64,000 bases of DNA from a virus. Positions 1-8,652 of this stretch are shown here, one piece after another. Positions within the stretch are counted from its first letter, which is position 1, and each line of letters begins with the position of its first letter. A model generated the notes under the pieces. That model saw only the letters and a program-made list of their open reading frames with translations. It made no database searches and had not been told where the DNA came from. The stretch spans positions 96,001 to 160,000 of IMG/VR virus record IMGVR_UViG_3300032288_001980. One strand, written 5' to 3'. Position numbers and translations under genes: made by a program.

Positions 1-1
1 C

Positions 2-67
2 TTAACTATGAATAACTGCGAAGACTTTTTGGAGTGGTTTGAGCCCGAAAAATTGGTTGACAATTAA
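2..67 (+). CDS. 3' end of a small early gene (partial), ending ...EPEKLVDN* inside the next promoter
   Basis: Open frame from the window edge to TAA 65-67; the last codons overlap the TTGACA box, as in the other cassettes. Confidence 0.5.
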   Translation, partial: LTMNNCEDFLEWFEPEKLVDN

Positions 68-99
68 TTCAATTTATTGTATAATATTGGCATAGTAAC
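57..99 (+). promoter_or_regulatory. sigma70-type early promoter, repeated cassette copy 1
   Basis: TTGACA 57-62, 17-bp spacer, TATAAT 80-85, followed by the shared ATTGRYATWSTAAC tail. Confidence 0.9.
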
Positions 100-114
100 A
101 AAAAAGGATCGTAA

Positions 115-345
115 ATGATTACTACAGAAACTCGTAAGAATTATGACGAACGCCACGGTGGACCTTTTGACCGCGGTTCGGCAGACAGTTACTACGGGCG
201 TGGCCGAGACCCTCATTTTTACGTGGGCGGCACGGGCACGTCTGAACGTGTCAGCCAAGAGCAAATGACCCCTGAGGAAATTCAAGCCTATCTTGCAGGC
301 TATCAGTACAACGAACAATTTGGCAATAAAAAGAATTGGGACTAA
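115..345 (+). CDS. small hypothetical early protein (HGGPFDRGSADSYYGR motif)
   Basis: Clean ORF with AAGGA RBS directly behind a consensus promoter. Confidence 0.8.
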   Translation: MITTETRKNYDERHGGPFDRGSADSYYGRGRDPHFYVGGTGTSERVSQEQMTPEEIQAYLAGYQYNEQFGNKKNWD

Positions 346-346
346 A

Positions 347-535
347 ATGACCGAGCGTAGTGCTATGTTTTTGGTTATGGTGGGTCTCCTGACTACCGGC
401 TTTGGTGTCGGTGGTGTGGAAAACTCTATGGATAATTTGGAACTATTGTCCGGCCTGCTAGTCAGCGTGTCCGGGCTGGCAATTATGGCCGCGGGCGTAC
501 TGGGTCTAAAAACGGTTGACAATAAATCCAATTAA
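347..535 (+). CDS. small two-TM membrane protein
   Basis: ATG 347 follows the previous stop (343-345); two hydrophobic stretches; C-terminus runs through the next -35 box. Confidence 0.65.
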   Translation: MTERSAMFLVMVGLLTTGFGVGGVENSMDNLELLSGLLVSVSGLAIMAAGVLGLKTVDNKSN

Positions 536-558
536 TTGTATAATATTGATATGCTAAC
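516..558 (+). promoter_or_regulatory. sigma70-type early promoter, repeated cassette copy 2
   Basis: TTGACA 516-521, 17 bp, TATAAT 539-544, shared downstream tail. Confidence 0.9.
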
Positions 559-574
559 AAAACAGGAGTCCATA

Positions 575-919
575 ATGGATTACACCCAAGAGCAAGTTAA
601 TACTATCGTTGCAGAAGCCAAACAGGCTGCTCGCGACGCCGCTACTAAGTTTTTCAACGAAAAGCTCAGTGGCCAAGACCAATTTGCCTGTGGCTTTGCC
701 TGGGTCGACATTTACGGTGTGCGTGGCAATACCCGACTGGGTAAGATGCTCAAAGCCGCAGGTGTCGAGCGTAGTGATTACAAGAAGTGTTTCAGTCTTT
801 GGAACCCTTCCGAACTTCCCGTCCAAAATGTCGACACTAAAGAAGCAGGTGCCTTTGCGGCCGCTCGAGTGTTCGAAAAATATGGATTCCGGGCCTATTC
901 CGGAAGCCGTTTGGATTAA
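575..919 (+). CDS. hypothetical early protein
   Basis: AGGAG RBS before ATG 575 (MDYTQEQV); the track's upstream start lies inside the promoter. Confidence 0.8.
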   Translation: MDYTQEQVNTIVAEAKQAARDAATKFFNEKLSGQDQFACGFAWVDIYGVRGNTRLGKMLKAAGVERSDYKKCFSLWNPSELPVQNVDTKEAGAFAAARVFEKYGFRAYSGSRLD

Positions 920-960
920 AAGAATTTATGTTGCTGTCTAATCAATTTCTCCAAAATCAA

Positions 961-1012
961 TTGACAGGAATTCGATTTGATAGTAACATAATGGCTGTAG
1001 CAAGGTGCTACA
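961..1012 (+). promoter_or_regulatory. probable early promoter followed by a 5' stem-loop
   Basis: TTGACA 961-966, 17 bp, TAACAT 984-989; hairpin TGTAGCA-AGG-TGCTACA 996-1012. Confidence 0.55.
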
Positions 1013-1039
1013 ATTTTTCAACAATGACAGGAGTCATAT

Positions 1040-1273
1040 ATGTCTAATAAAACGTTTACTTACGTTGGTGTTTCTACTCTTAAGGGCAAGGTTAAGGCCC
1101 GCTTCACTAATGATGCAACCCGCATCAAAGTGCTGATGAAGAATGGCCACACTGATGTCAACTTTGTGGAGTTGCCCCGCGCAATGACCAAGGCTGAGAT
1201 CCGTGCTGAGGGTCACTTGGATAAAGTGATGCCCAATGCCACTGAGGCAGAAAAAGACGCGGCCAGCGCCTAA
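1040..1273 (+). CDS. small hypothetical protein
   Basis: CAGGAG RBS, ORF, followed by a terminator. Confidence 0.8.
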   Translation: MSNKTFTYVGVSTLKGKVKARFTNDATRIKVLMKNGHTDVNFVELPRAMTKAEIRAEGHLDKVMPNATEAEKDAASA

Positions 1274-1275
1274 AT

Positions 1276-1302
1276 ATACAGGGGCTAGGCCCCTGTATTT
1301 TC
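1276..1302 (+). terminator. Rho-independent terminator
   Basis: ATACAGGGG/CCCCTGTAT stem followed by TTTCT. Confidence 0.75.
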
Positions 1303-1322
1303 TGTCAGTTTAAGAAATTGAA

Positions 1323-1351
1323 TTGACAGAAAATACATTTAAATGTATAAT
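1323..1351 (+). promoter_or_regulatory. sigma70 consensus promoter for the AAA+ gene
   Basis: TTGACA 1323-1328, 17 bp, TATAAT 1346-1351. Confidence 0.9.
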
Positions 1352-1393
1352 ACATACTTCAACAACACTTTTTGTTTTATTTAGGAGCAACAA

Positions 1394-2473
1394 ATGGCTG
1401 AGAGTCGTACTGTTAAGATTAGCGAAGCGAAAGTTATTATTCGCAAAGCATTGGCCAAAGGCCGCCCTGTTATGATCTGGGGTCCTCCCGGCATCGGTAA
1501 GTCCGACCTCATTGCAGAGCTTGCACAAGAAGATAATCGTCCCGTAACGGACGTTCGTTTGAACTTGTGGGAACCTACTGACATTAAAGGTATCCCTTAT
1601 TACAACTCTACCGAAAACACTATGTCGTGGGCACCTCCCGCAGAACTGCCTACTGACGAAGAAGCCAGCGACATCCTGTTTCTAGATGAACTTGTTAGTG
1701 CGGCTCCTGCTGTTCAGGCCGCGGCCTATCAGTTGGTTCTTAACCGCCGTGTTGGTACTTATAAACTGCCTAAAGGTGTTGGCATCGTTGCCGCTGGTAA
1801 CCGCATGTCAGACAAGGGTGTTACTTATCGTATGCCTAGCCCGCTGGCTAACCGTTTCGTTCACATTGAACTTCGCGTGGACTTTGAAGATTGGCAAAAG
1901 TGGGCTTTGGCTAATCGCATCGACTCCGATGTGGTTGGTTACCTGAGCTTTGCCAAGGGCGACCTGTATAACTTCGATCCTGCTCAACACGATCGTTCGT
2001 TTGCTACTCCTCGCTCATGGAGCTTCGTCAGCGACCTGCTTGACAGCACACTTACCGAGTCTACGCAAACTGACATTGTTGCAGGTTGCGTTGGTGAAGG
2101 CCTTGCTATTAAGTTTATGGCACACCGCAAGGTTGCTAGCAAACTGCCTAACCCTACTGACATTCTTGCAGGTAAGGTCAAGGACTTGAAGGTCAAAGAA
2201 GTGTCTGCTATGTACTCGCTGACTGCTAGCCTGTGCTATGAACTTGTTGACGCTTACCAAAATGCCAAGAAGGCAGGTAACCTTACTGACTGGCATCCCA
2301 TGTGCGAACACTTTATCCAATACATGATGGATAATTTCGAACCTGAGATGGTTATTATGGGTGCCCATACTGCATTGAAGACTCATGCACTACCCTTTGA
2401 GCACAAGAAGCTCAAGAACTTCCCTGAGTTCTTTAAGAAGTATGCACACCTTGTTATCGATATCGGTAACTAA
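1394..2473 (+). CDS. MoxR-like AAA+ ATPase
   Basis: Walker A GPPGIGKS, Walker B LFLDE, AAGN sensor, LANRF arginine finger, TPRSW. Confidence 0.9.
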   Translation: MAESRTVKISEAKVIIRKALAKGRPVMIWGPPGIGKSDLIAELAQEDNRPVTDVRLNLWEPTDIKGIPYYNSTENTMSWAPPAELPTDEEASDILFLDELVSAAPAVQAAAYQLVLNRRVGTYKLPKGVGIVAAGNRMSDKGVTYRMPSPLANRFVHIELRVDFEDWQKWALANRIDSDVVGYLSFAKGDLYNFDPAQHDRSFATPRSWSFVSDLLDSTLTESTQTDIVAGCVGEGLAIKFMAHRKVASKLPNPTDILAGKVKDLKVKEVSAMYSLTASLCYELVDAYQNAKKAGNLTDWHPMCEHFIQYMMDNFEPEMVIMGAHTALKTHALPFEHKKLKNFPEFFKKYAHLVIDIGN

Positions 2474-2484
2474 TGATTGCTCCT

Positions 2485-2516
2485 GGACGTGGCACTTCGG
2501 TGCCCGTCCTTTTTTT
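2485..2516 (+). terminator. Rho-independent terminator with cUUCGg tetraloop
   Basis: GGACG.GGCAC-TTCG-GTGCC.CGTCC followed by T7. Confidence 0.9.
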
Positions 2517-2520
2517 GGTA

Positions 2521-2560
2521 TTGACAGTAAACTCAAAATAATGTATACTAGCATTAAATA
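2521..2560 (+). promoter_or_regulatory. sigma70 promoter plus an adjacent TAAATA late-type motif
   Basis: TTGACA 2521-2526, 17 bp, TATACT 2544-2549; TAAATA 2555-2560; AGGAG RBS. Confidence 0.75.
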
Positions 2561-2578
2561 GTTAGGAGCACTATACAA

Positions 2579-3820
2579 ATGACTACACAATCAGAACACA
2601 AAACTTCGCAGACTTTTCCCAAATGTAATCTTCCTTGGGAAAAGATCAAAGACCGTGTTACCAAGGCACGTGTCAAACTCTTGCTCCAACATCCCTTCTT
2701 TGGTAACCTTGCTACTCGTCTTAAAATTGTAGACGCTACCGATCGTATTCCTACTGCGGCTGTTGACGGTCGCAATCTGTTCATTAACAAAGACTTTGTT
2801 CATGCACTAAGTGATGGCGAACTAATGTTCCTTATTGGTCACGAAGTCATGCATTGCGTTTTTGAGCACATGATCCGACGCGGCGACAGAAATCCTCAAG
2901 TGTGGAACATGGCAGGTGATTACGTTATTAACCTCATTCTTGAGCGCGACAAGATCGGCGACGTTATTCGTAAAGTAGATATCTTGCTGGATCGTAAATA
3001 TGCAGATATGACTACTGAACAGATCTATGACAAGCTCATGGAAGATGCTGTTACTATTAAAATGCCGCTGGACATGCACATTGACCTTACTGCTGACGGT
3101 AGCGGCAAGGAAGGTGAAGGCCAAGGTATTGAAGTTGTAATGCCAGGCGCTGGCAAAATGTCAGAAGAAGAACGCAAGGCTCTGCAAGACGAAATTAAAA
3201 ATGCTGTACTGCAAGCCGCGCAGGCCGCAGGCGCAGGCAAAGTCCCAGCGGCTGTTGCTCGCATGATCCAAGAACTTACTGCTCCAAAACTTAACTGGAA
3301 AGACCTGTTGCGTATTCAATTGGAAAGTATGATCCGTAACGACTATTCGTTTACTCGTCCTAGCCGTAAAGCATGGCATACCGGTGCTGTACTGCCTGGC
3401 ATGTTGCCTGGCGAAGAAGTTAACGTACACGTTGCCATTGACACTTCGGGTAGTATTTCGGAAGAAATGATTCGAGATTTCCTCAGCGAAGTTAAAGGCA
3501 TTATGGATAACTACGATGCTTGGAACATTCGAGTGTGGTGTTTTGATACTGCTATTCACGCAGACCAAAACTTTAGTTCTGACCAAGGCGATGACATTCG
3601 TAGCTACCAACCCGGTGGTGGTGGCGGTACTGACTTTATGGTTAATTGGGAATACATGAAAGAACATGACATGGAACCCAAACAACTGGTAGTCTTTACC
3701 GACGGTTATCCCTACGGTGAATGGGGCGACAAGGACTTTTGTGATACCCTTTGGGTTATCAATTCTGGCAGAGACATTACTGCACCTTTCGGAGTAACGG
3801 TACAGTATGAACATAGTTAA
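2579..3820 (+). CDS. DUF2201-type metallopeptidase-like (HExxH) + VWA-like domain protein, partner of the MoxR ATPase
   Basis: GHEVMH motif, VAIDTSGS MIDAS, GGGGTDF, VFTDG. Confidence 0.88.
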   Translation: MTTQSEHKTSQTFPKCNLPWEKIKDRVTKARVKLLLQHPFFGNLATRLKIVDATDRIPTAAVDGRNLFINKDFVHALSDGELMFLIGHEVMHCVFEHMIRRGDRNPQVWNMAGDYVINLILERDKIGDVIRKVDILLDRKYADMTTEQIYDKLMEDAVTIKMPLDMHIDLTADGSGKEGEGQGIEVVMPGAGKMSEEERKALQDEIKNAVLQAAQAAGAGKVPAAVARMIQELTAPKLNWKDLLRIQLESMIRNDYSFTRPSRKAWHTGAVLPGMLPGEEVNVHVAIDTSGSISEEMIRDFLSEVKGIMDNYDAWNIRVWCFDTAIHADQNFSSDQGDDIRSYQPGGGGGTDFMVNWEYMKEHDMEPKQLVVFTDGYPYGEWGDKDFCDTLWVINSGRDITAPFGVTVQYEHS

Positions 3821-4035
3821 TGAGCTATCGACATACCGTTGTCGCACGTGATCCAAATCATTTAAGCAACATTATTTGGATAGCCAAAGACTATCTGGCC
3901 CTGCATGCCACAGGGCCTTTTTCCGTTTATGCAGAAAACGGAAAAGCAGTAATAGAGCTCAACGAAGCTGAAGACAGTTTTTTGCTCAAACTCAGCACTT
4001 GGAGCGAAGTGTTGGATCATGACCCAGCATCTTAA
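3820..4035 (+). CDS. hypothetical protein
   Basis: TAATG-coupled ORF. Confidence 0.6.
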   Translation: MSYRHTVVARDPNHLSNIIWIAKDYLALHATGPFSVYAENGKAVIELNEAEDSFLLKLSTWSEVLDHDPAS

Positions 4036-4040
4036 GAAGC

Positions 4041-4046
4041 TAAATA
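4041..4046 (+). promoter_or_regulatory. candidate T4-type late promoter (TAAATA)
   Basis: Intergenic TAAATA upstream of the RBS and ATG 4101; a gp55-like sigma is encoded in this window. Confidence 0.5.
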
Positions 4047-4100
4047 TTATAGCTAGCTTTAACAGTAGCAATCATACACAGTAACAAGGAGAACTTTAAA

Positions 4101-4334
4101 ATGGAATTACAAATTTCCGATATTCAATTGGCCGCTCAGATCATTGACATCGCCGTACAACGCGGTGCCTTTAGGGCCGCAGAAGCTAAATCAGTTGGCG
4201 AATGCTATGAGCGTATTCAGGCTTTCTTATCTGAAGTTGCCAAGCAACAAGAAGCACAAAAGGCAGAAGCAGAAGCTAACGCACCAGCGGCAGCTCCGGC
4301 TGAAACTGTACCTGCCGATGCAAAAGTACAGTAA
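4101..4334 (+). CDS. hypothetical protein, Ala-rich C-terminus
   Basis: AAGGAG RBS, ORF. Confidence 0.8.
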   Translation: MELQISDIQLAAQIIDIAVQRGAFRAAEAKSVGECYERIQAFLSEVAKQQEAQKAEAEANAPAAAPAETVPADAKVQ

Positions 4335-4346
4335 TTGGAGACTAAG

Positions 4347-4874
4347 ATGAAATTTCTCAGACACGTGGGAGTTTTAAATGCAACAGGTCATAGAGCACTT
4401 GTTGTTTTTAGACAAATCCCAAACGAACCAACTAATTGTTTGGTCGTTGACACAGACGCCTTACCTGATAAGTACCACGACGACTTAATGGATGCTGTTG
4501 AAACTATCACAGCCCAGGAAGCCTTAGATTTTTATGAATATGCAAATCGTCAGTTCTTTAGTGATGGCACCAATATGTTAACCACCATGCATCAAAAAGG
4601 ATGGTTAATGAAGGTTAAAACAGATGCAGTCACAATGCGTCCTAGACCTGATATTGAAATTAGTTTGTTGGAACTCAACAATCAGATTTCAGCCATGAAT
4701 GGTGATGAGCCTAATACTACTGAAGGTGTGTTAGATAATAGTAAACTAGCATCCGATCTTCGTCGTCAAGCATCTCTGTTTGAAAAGCAAGCAGAAGACT
4801 TACGCAAGCAAGCTGACGATTTAGATCCACCTAAAGTTAAAAAATCATCTAAGAAATCTAATGTCGTTGCTTGA
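4347..4874 (+). CDS. hypothetical protein with C-terminal coiled coil
   Basis: GGAG RBS at 4337-4340 before ATG 4347. Confidence 0.8.
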   Translation: MKFLRHVGVLNATGHRALVVFRQIPNEPTNCLVVDTDALPDKYHDDLMDAVETITAQEALDFYEYANRQFFSDGTNMLTTMHQKGWLMKVKTDAVTMRPRPDIEISLLELNNQISAMNGDEPNTTEGVLDNSKLASDLRRQASLFEKQAEDLRKQADDLDPPKVKKSSKKSNVVA

Positions 4875-5127
4875 CAAAATTTTAGAAGAAGTTAAAATAG
4901 AGCGACAACGGCAAATAGATTTGCCAGGAAGCGAATATGACCTTGTTAATAATGTAAATGACTGGCTAGCAATAGCTGGTCATTACTTAACACAAGACTG
5001 TACTCGCAAAGGTATAAAACCTACTAGACTGGATTTTCATAGTAGTTTGGTAAAAGCGGCGGCTGTAATAGTTGCGGCATTAGAATACGAAGAAAACTTA
5101 GTTCGAAAAGGTCACATAAAAGAATGA
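4861..5127 (+). CDS. hypothetical protein
   Basis: ORF overlapping the previous stop, operon-like packing. Confidence 0.7.
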   Translation: MSLLDKILEEVKIERQRQIDLPGSEYDLVNNVNDWLAIAGHYLTQDCTRKGIKPTRLDFHSSLVKAAAVIVAALEYEENLVRKGHIKE

Positions 5128-5128
5128 C

Positions 5129-5461
5129 ATGGCTATTAGAAAAAAAGATCGTGGCTTTGACGACATCCTCGACGATGTTGTAATGAACCAAGTTCCTGCT
5201 GAATATATTGAAGAAGTATTGGTTCATTTAACTAACGGGCAAACTATTAGATTTACAGGAAACGAGATAGCAAAGCTAGACAGTTTACCAGAAAAATTAC
5301 AAGAAGAAGGCTTAATTGAAACCAAAGAAATGGTATCCGATGTTGAGATAACCATGGACCTTGCAAGAATCAAAAAACACATGAAGAAGTATGTTAGTAC
5401 ATTAATGGCTAAACATTTTGAGAGCGGCGGAGACACAGATGACAACAAGAAGCGAAATTAA
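5129..5461 (+). CDS. hypothetical protein
   Basis: ORF in operon packing. Confidence 0.7.
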   Translation: MAIRKKDRGFDDILDDVVMNQVPAEYIEEVLVHLTNGQTIRFTGNEIAKLDSLPEKLQEEGLIETKEMVSDVEITMDLARIKKHMKKYVSTLMAKHFESGGDTDDNKKRN

Positions 5462-6323
5462 TTTTGAACAAGATAAAAATTATGTTCCTGTACTAGATCA
5501 CGGCTTTGTAGGACTAGTGGATCACATGGGCAGTGACGGAGCAGTAGTGCAGGCTGCTCGTGTTAGCTACGGAGCAGGAACAAAACAAGTTCAAGATGAT
5601 AGAAATTTAATTCGCTATTTAATGAGACACAAACACACAACACCATTTGAGATGTGTGAAGTAAAGTTTCATATTAAATTGCCTATTTTTGTTATGCGAC
5701 AATTAGTACGACATCGTACTGCCAGCATGAACGAATATAGTGCTCGTTATAGCGTGATGACAGACGAGTTTTATATTCCTGAACTAGAACAAATACAACA
5801 ACAAAGTTCTACTAACAAGCAAGGGAGAGAAGACAATGACTGGGGATTCGAAGAAAAACGAGGAGTGCAACATGCCTTCCAACGAAGTTTTTTCAATGCT
5901 TATAAAGAATACACCGAGCTTTTGGGAAAGGATGGGACTGGCCTTACTCGCGAACTGTCCAGAAGCGTACTCCCAGTGGGCGGCTATACAGAACTCTACT
6001 GGAAAGCAAACCTCAAAAACTTCCTCCACATGGCCCGACTAAGAATGGACAGTCATGCACAATGGGAGATTCAAGAGTTTGCAAGAGCGATGTATGACCT
6101 GGTAAAGCCCTTGTTTCCTCAAGTGTGCGAGGCCTTCGAAGATTACGAACAATACAGCATATCGTGCAGTAGAATGGAAGTAGACTTAATTAAACGTTTA
6201 ATCGGTCAAGATAAATGGTTAGACCTATTAGAAGACTTCAGGGATATTAACGGCATTGCTAAACAGTATGGCATGGGACAACGTGAAATTAAAGAATTCA
6301 CAGAGAAATGGTTAACCAAGTAA
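5439..6323 (+). CDS. thyX: FAD-dependent thymidylate synthase ThyX
   Basis: AARVSY, RHKHTTPFE, RHRTASMNEYSARYS ThyX motif, HAQWEI; GGAG RBS before ATG 5439. Confidence 0.95.
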   Translation: MTTRSEINFEQDKNYVPVLDHGFVGLVDHMGSDGAVVQAARVSYGAGTKQVQDDRNLIRYLMRHKHTTPFEMCEVKFHIKLPIFVMRQLVRHRTASMNEYSARYSVMTDEFYIPELEQIQQQSSTNKQGREDNDWGFEEKRGVQHAFQRSFFNAYKEYTELLGKDGTGLTRELSRSVLPVGGYTELYWKANLKNFLHMARLRMDSHAQWEIQEFARAMYDLVKPLFPQVCEAFEDYEQYSISCSRMEVDLIKRLIGQDKWLDLLEDFRDINGIAKQYGMGQREIKEFTEKWLTK

Positions 6324-6925
6324 TTGTAACTGACTTATGCAGAAATTCAACGTATTTGGAATTGTTCAACAAAGTAGTAGAAGAAATTCAACTAGGCGAT
6401 GATGAGCTAAAAGCCAATTACGTTGATATTCAGCCAAAAGATTTTGCTAGCCTCACTGTTGCTATACGCGGTAGTGAGGTTTTAGCTTTTAGTGGTATGC
6501 AAATTCAACCTGACAGGTGGGGCACAGGTAAGGCTAGAGTTAGTGCTAGATTTTACATACCTCCTAAATTTAGACACGCACATTTACAAAAATTTGAACC
6601 CAGTGATAGGTACGTTAATAGCGCATATCTAATACCTAGACAAATAGCTGTTGCCAAAAGTTTGAATTTAGATTGCGTGTTTATTAGTCGTGAAGATAAA
6701 CAAAGAAGTTTCAGTAAATTTATAGATTTAGTTAACGCCAATGGCGGCTATAATTTTAAAATGCATGAAACAAAATTAGGCGTATGTGGACCATTACCTA
6801 AAGGATATATGCCCAGCGAGTGTTGTCAATGGGTAGCAACTATGCCACTTAAAGACGGAGCCGATTATGATTTCATTGGCTACTTAAAACAAATAACCTG
6901 CGAGAACTGCAATGAGACCAAATAA
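6308..6925 (+). CDS. hypothetical protein, possible GNAT-like fold
   Basis: RVSARFYIPPKFRH followed by a helix and a CVFISRE strand resembles GNAT motifs A/B; weak. Confidence 0.45.
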   Translation: MVNQVIVTDLCRNSTYLELFNKVVEEIQLGDDELKANYVDIQPKDFASLTVAIRGSEVLAFSGMQIQPDRWGTGKARVSARFYIPPKFRHAHLQKFEPSDRYVNSAYLIPRQIAVAKSLNLDCVFISREDKQRSFSKFIDLVNANGGYNFKMHETKLGVCGPLPKGYMPSECCQWVATMPLKDGADYDFIGYLKQITCENCNETK

Positions 6926-7508
6926 GATAGCTATTACTGGACACACTAAAGGTATAGGATCGGCCTTGGCCAATTACTACACAGCCCTTGGTATAGAAGT
7001 TATAGGCTTTAGTCGCACTAACGGATATGATATCAGTAAAGGTGTTGACCAAGAACGCATTATAAACGAAAGTCAGGACTGTGATTTGTTTATCAACAAT
7101 GCTTACTTTAGATATTCCCAAGTAGACTTACTACAACGTTGGTATAATTTTCACCAAAAGAAATCTAATTATATGATTGTTAATATGAGCAGTTTGGCTG
7201 GCGATGCTTGTATGCATTTAGGTAAAGTTTATCCATATGGTCTTCACAAAAAAGCTCTAGACGATGCTAGTTATCAAATGAACTTGGCCGGTGGCTGTAA
7301 ATGTAAAATTATCAACATCAAGCCCGGGCATATTAAAACTGACTTCTTAACGGAAACTAGCACATATACCTATGCACAACTGCGCCAGCCTAGCAGTATT
7401 ATGTCTGTAGATCAGTTGGTAAAGGTTGTTGCATTTGCTGTAGATATTGCCGATGAGAAAAGTTACATAAGTAATGTAACATACAAAGGCGACACTAGTA
7501 CAATATAA
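6912..7508 (+). CDS. short-chain dehydrogenase/reductase (SDR)
   Basis: ITGHTKGIG Rossmann motif, INNAY, catalytic YGLHK (YxxxK), IKPGHIKT. Confidence 0.88.
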   Translation: MRPNKIAITGHTKGIGSALANYYTALGIEVIGFSRTNGYDISKGVDQERIINESQDCDLFINNAYFRYSQVDLLQRWYNFHQKKSNYMIVNMSSLAGDACMHLGKVYPYGLHKKALDDASYQMNLAGGCKCKIINIKPGHIKTDFLTETSTYTYAQLRQPSSIMSVDQLVKVVAFAVDIADEKSYISNVTYKGDTSTI

Positions 7509-8062
7509 TGTCAGACACTTTAGACGTACAAAAATTAGATATTAAATTTGATCCGGCAAAGTTAAAAAGAGAGCTGGGCTTATTATACCACCAATATCCT
7601 TTTCATAAGGATGCCAATCAACTGGCTCTTAGTCACAGCGGCAAATTTACAACTGTTAAAGAACAATTATACGACGGAGTAGGTAGCTTATATGATCGTA
7701 AAAACAATGTAGAGATAGATCAAGAAGACAATTATACTCATATTTGTGATTACGTTAAAGGAAGATACTGGGAAGAAGTAATTAATCAAATAAAAGAAAT
7801 AAGTCCTTTACCGTTAGGTCGGATTCGATTAATGTTACTCAAACCTAAAACTTGTTATAGTTGGCACAAAGACAGCGATGAAATTAGATACCATGTACCT
7901 ATAAGTACTAATGCCAATAACTTTATTGCTACAGAAAAAGGCCTTTACAGAATGGAAGAAGAGGGTAGATTATATACATTAGTAAGTACAGTTTGGCATA
8001 CAGCACTGAACGCTAGTTTCCAACCTAGGGTACACTTAGTATGTTCTACATATAAAACATGA
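7508..8062 (+). CDS. Fe(II)/2OG dioxygenase, AspH-like cupin
   Basis: RIRLMLL, WHKD (HxD), RYHVP, distal WHTALN, RVHLV. Confidence 0.8.
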   Translation: MSDTLDVQKLDIKFDPAKLKRELGLLYHQYPFHKDANQLALSHSGKFTTVKEQLYDGVGSLYDRKNNVEIDQEDNYTHICDYVKGRYWEEVINQIKEISPLPLGRIRLMLLKPKTCYSWHKDSDEIRYHVPISTNANNFIATEKGLYRMEEEGRLYTLVSTVWHTALNASFQPRVHLVCSTYKT

Positions 8063-8652
8063 TATTTTTTGACCACATTGCATCCAATTTAAATGTTATA
8101 CCTGCCTTAGAAGAAGTAATGGCAAATAACAACTTATTTGCTCCTCATACAAAAGTTAAGGCAATTAGTCCTGCACTAGAAGAAGTAGAAAGCATACATC
8201 TACGCATACATCCGCCGGTAGAAGTACAAAGCCGAAAAGAAGGCGAACACTGGGACGCCAAAGACCTTGCTGATCAACAGGCTAGATCTATTATTGATAC
8301 AGAAGCTTTTAAACAGTTAAATCAGGTGCGTAAACTAATAGAACATGCAATGACTCTACTACCCGCAGGACATTTAGGCAGGGCATATATATCTAAACTT
8401 GTCCCAGGAGGAAAGATTTATCCGCACGTAGATCCTGGATTATACTTTGCTATACATAATAGATATCATATTGTATTAACTACAAATCCTGACGTAGAAT
8501 TTTTTACAGAAACAGAAAATATTAAGTGCCAGCCAGGCGAACTGTGGCGGTTTAATAACAGAGCTAAACACTGGGGAGAAAATAAAGGCAGTACAGATAG
8601 ACTGCATATTATTTTTGACATTGCACATAATCCTAGATTTTATGACTATTAA
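8059..8652 (+). CDS. aspartyl/asparaginyl beta-hydroxylase-family dioxygenase
   Basis: IYPHVD, RYHIVL, GELWRFNN, HWGEN, DRLHIIFD. Confidence 0.85.
   Translation: MIFFDHIASNLNVIPALEEVMANNNLFAPHTKVKAISPALEEVESIHLRIHPPVEVQSRKEGEHWDAKDLADQQARSIIDTEAFKQLNQVRKLIEHAMTLLPAGHLGRAYISKLVPGGKIYPHVDPGLYFAIHNRYHIVLTTNPDVEFFTETENIKCQPGELWRFNNRAKHWGENKGSTDRLHIIFDIAHNPRFYDY

Noticed and set aside
3161-3856. 231-aa antisense ORF, and similar shadow ORFs (64-531, 2015-2386, 9187-9603, 43370-43831, 48346-48735)
   Set aside because: They lie opposite well-supported genes, have no RBS or motifs, and are explained by codon bias on the sense strand
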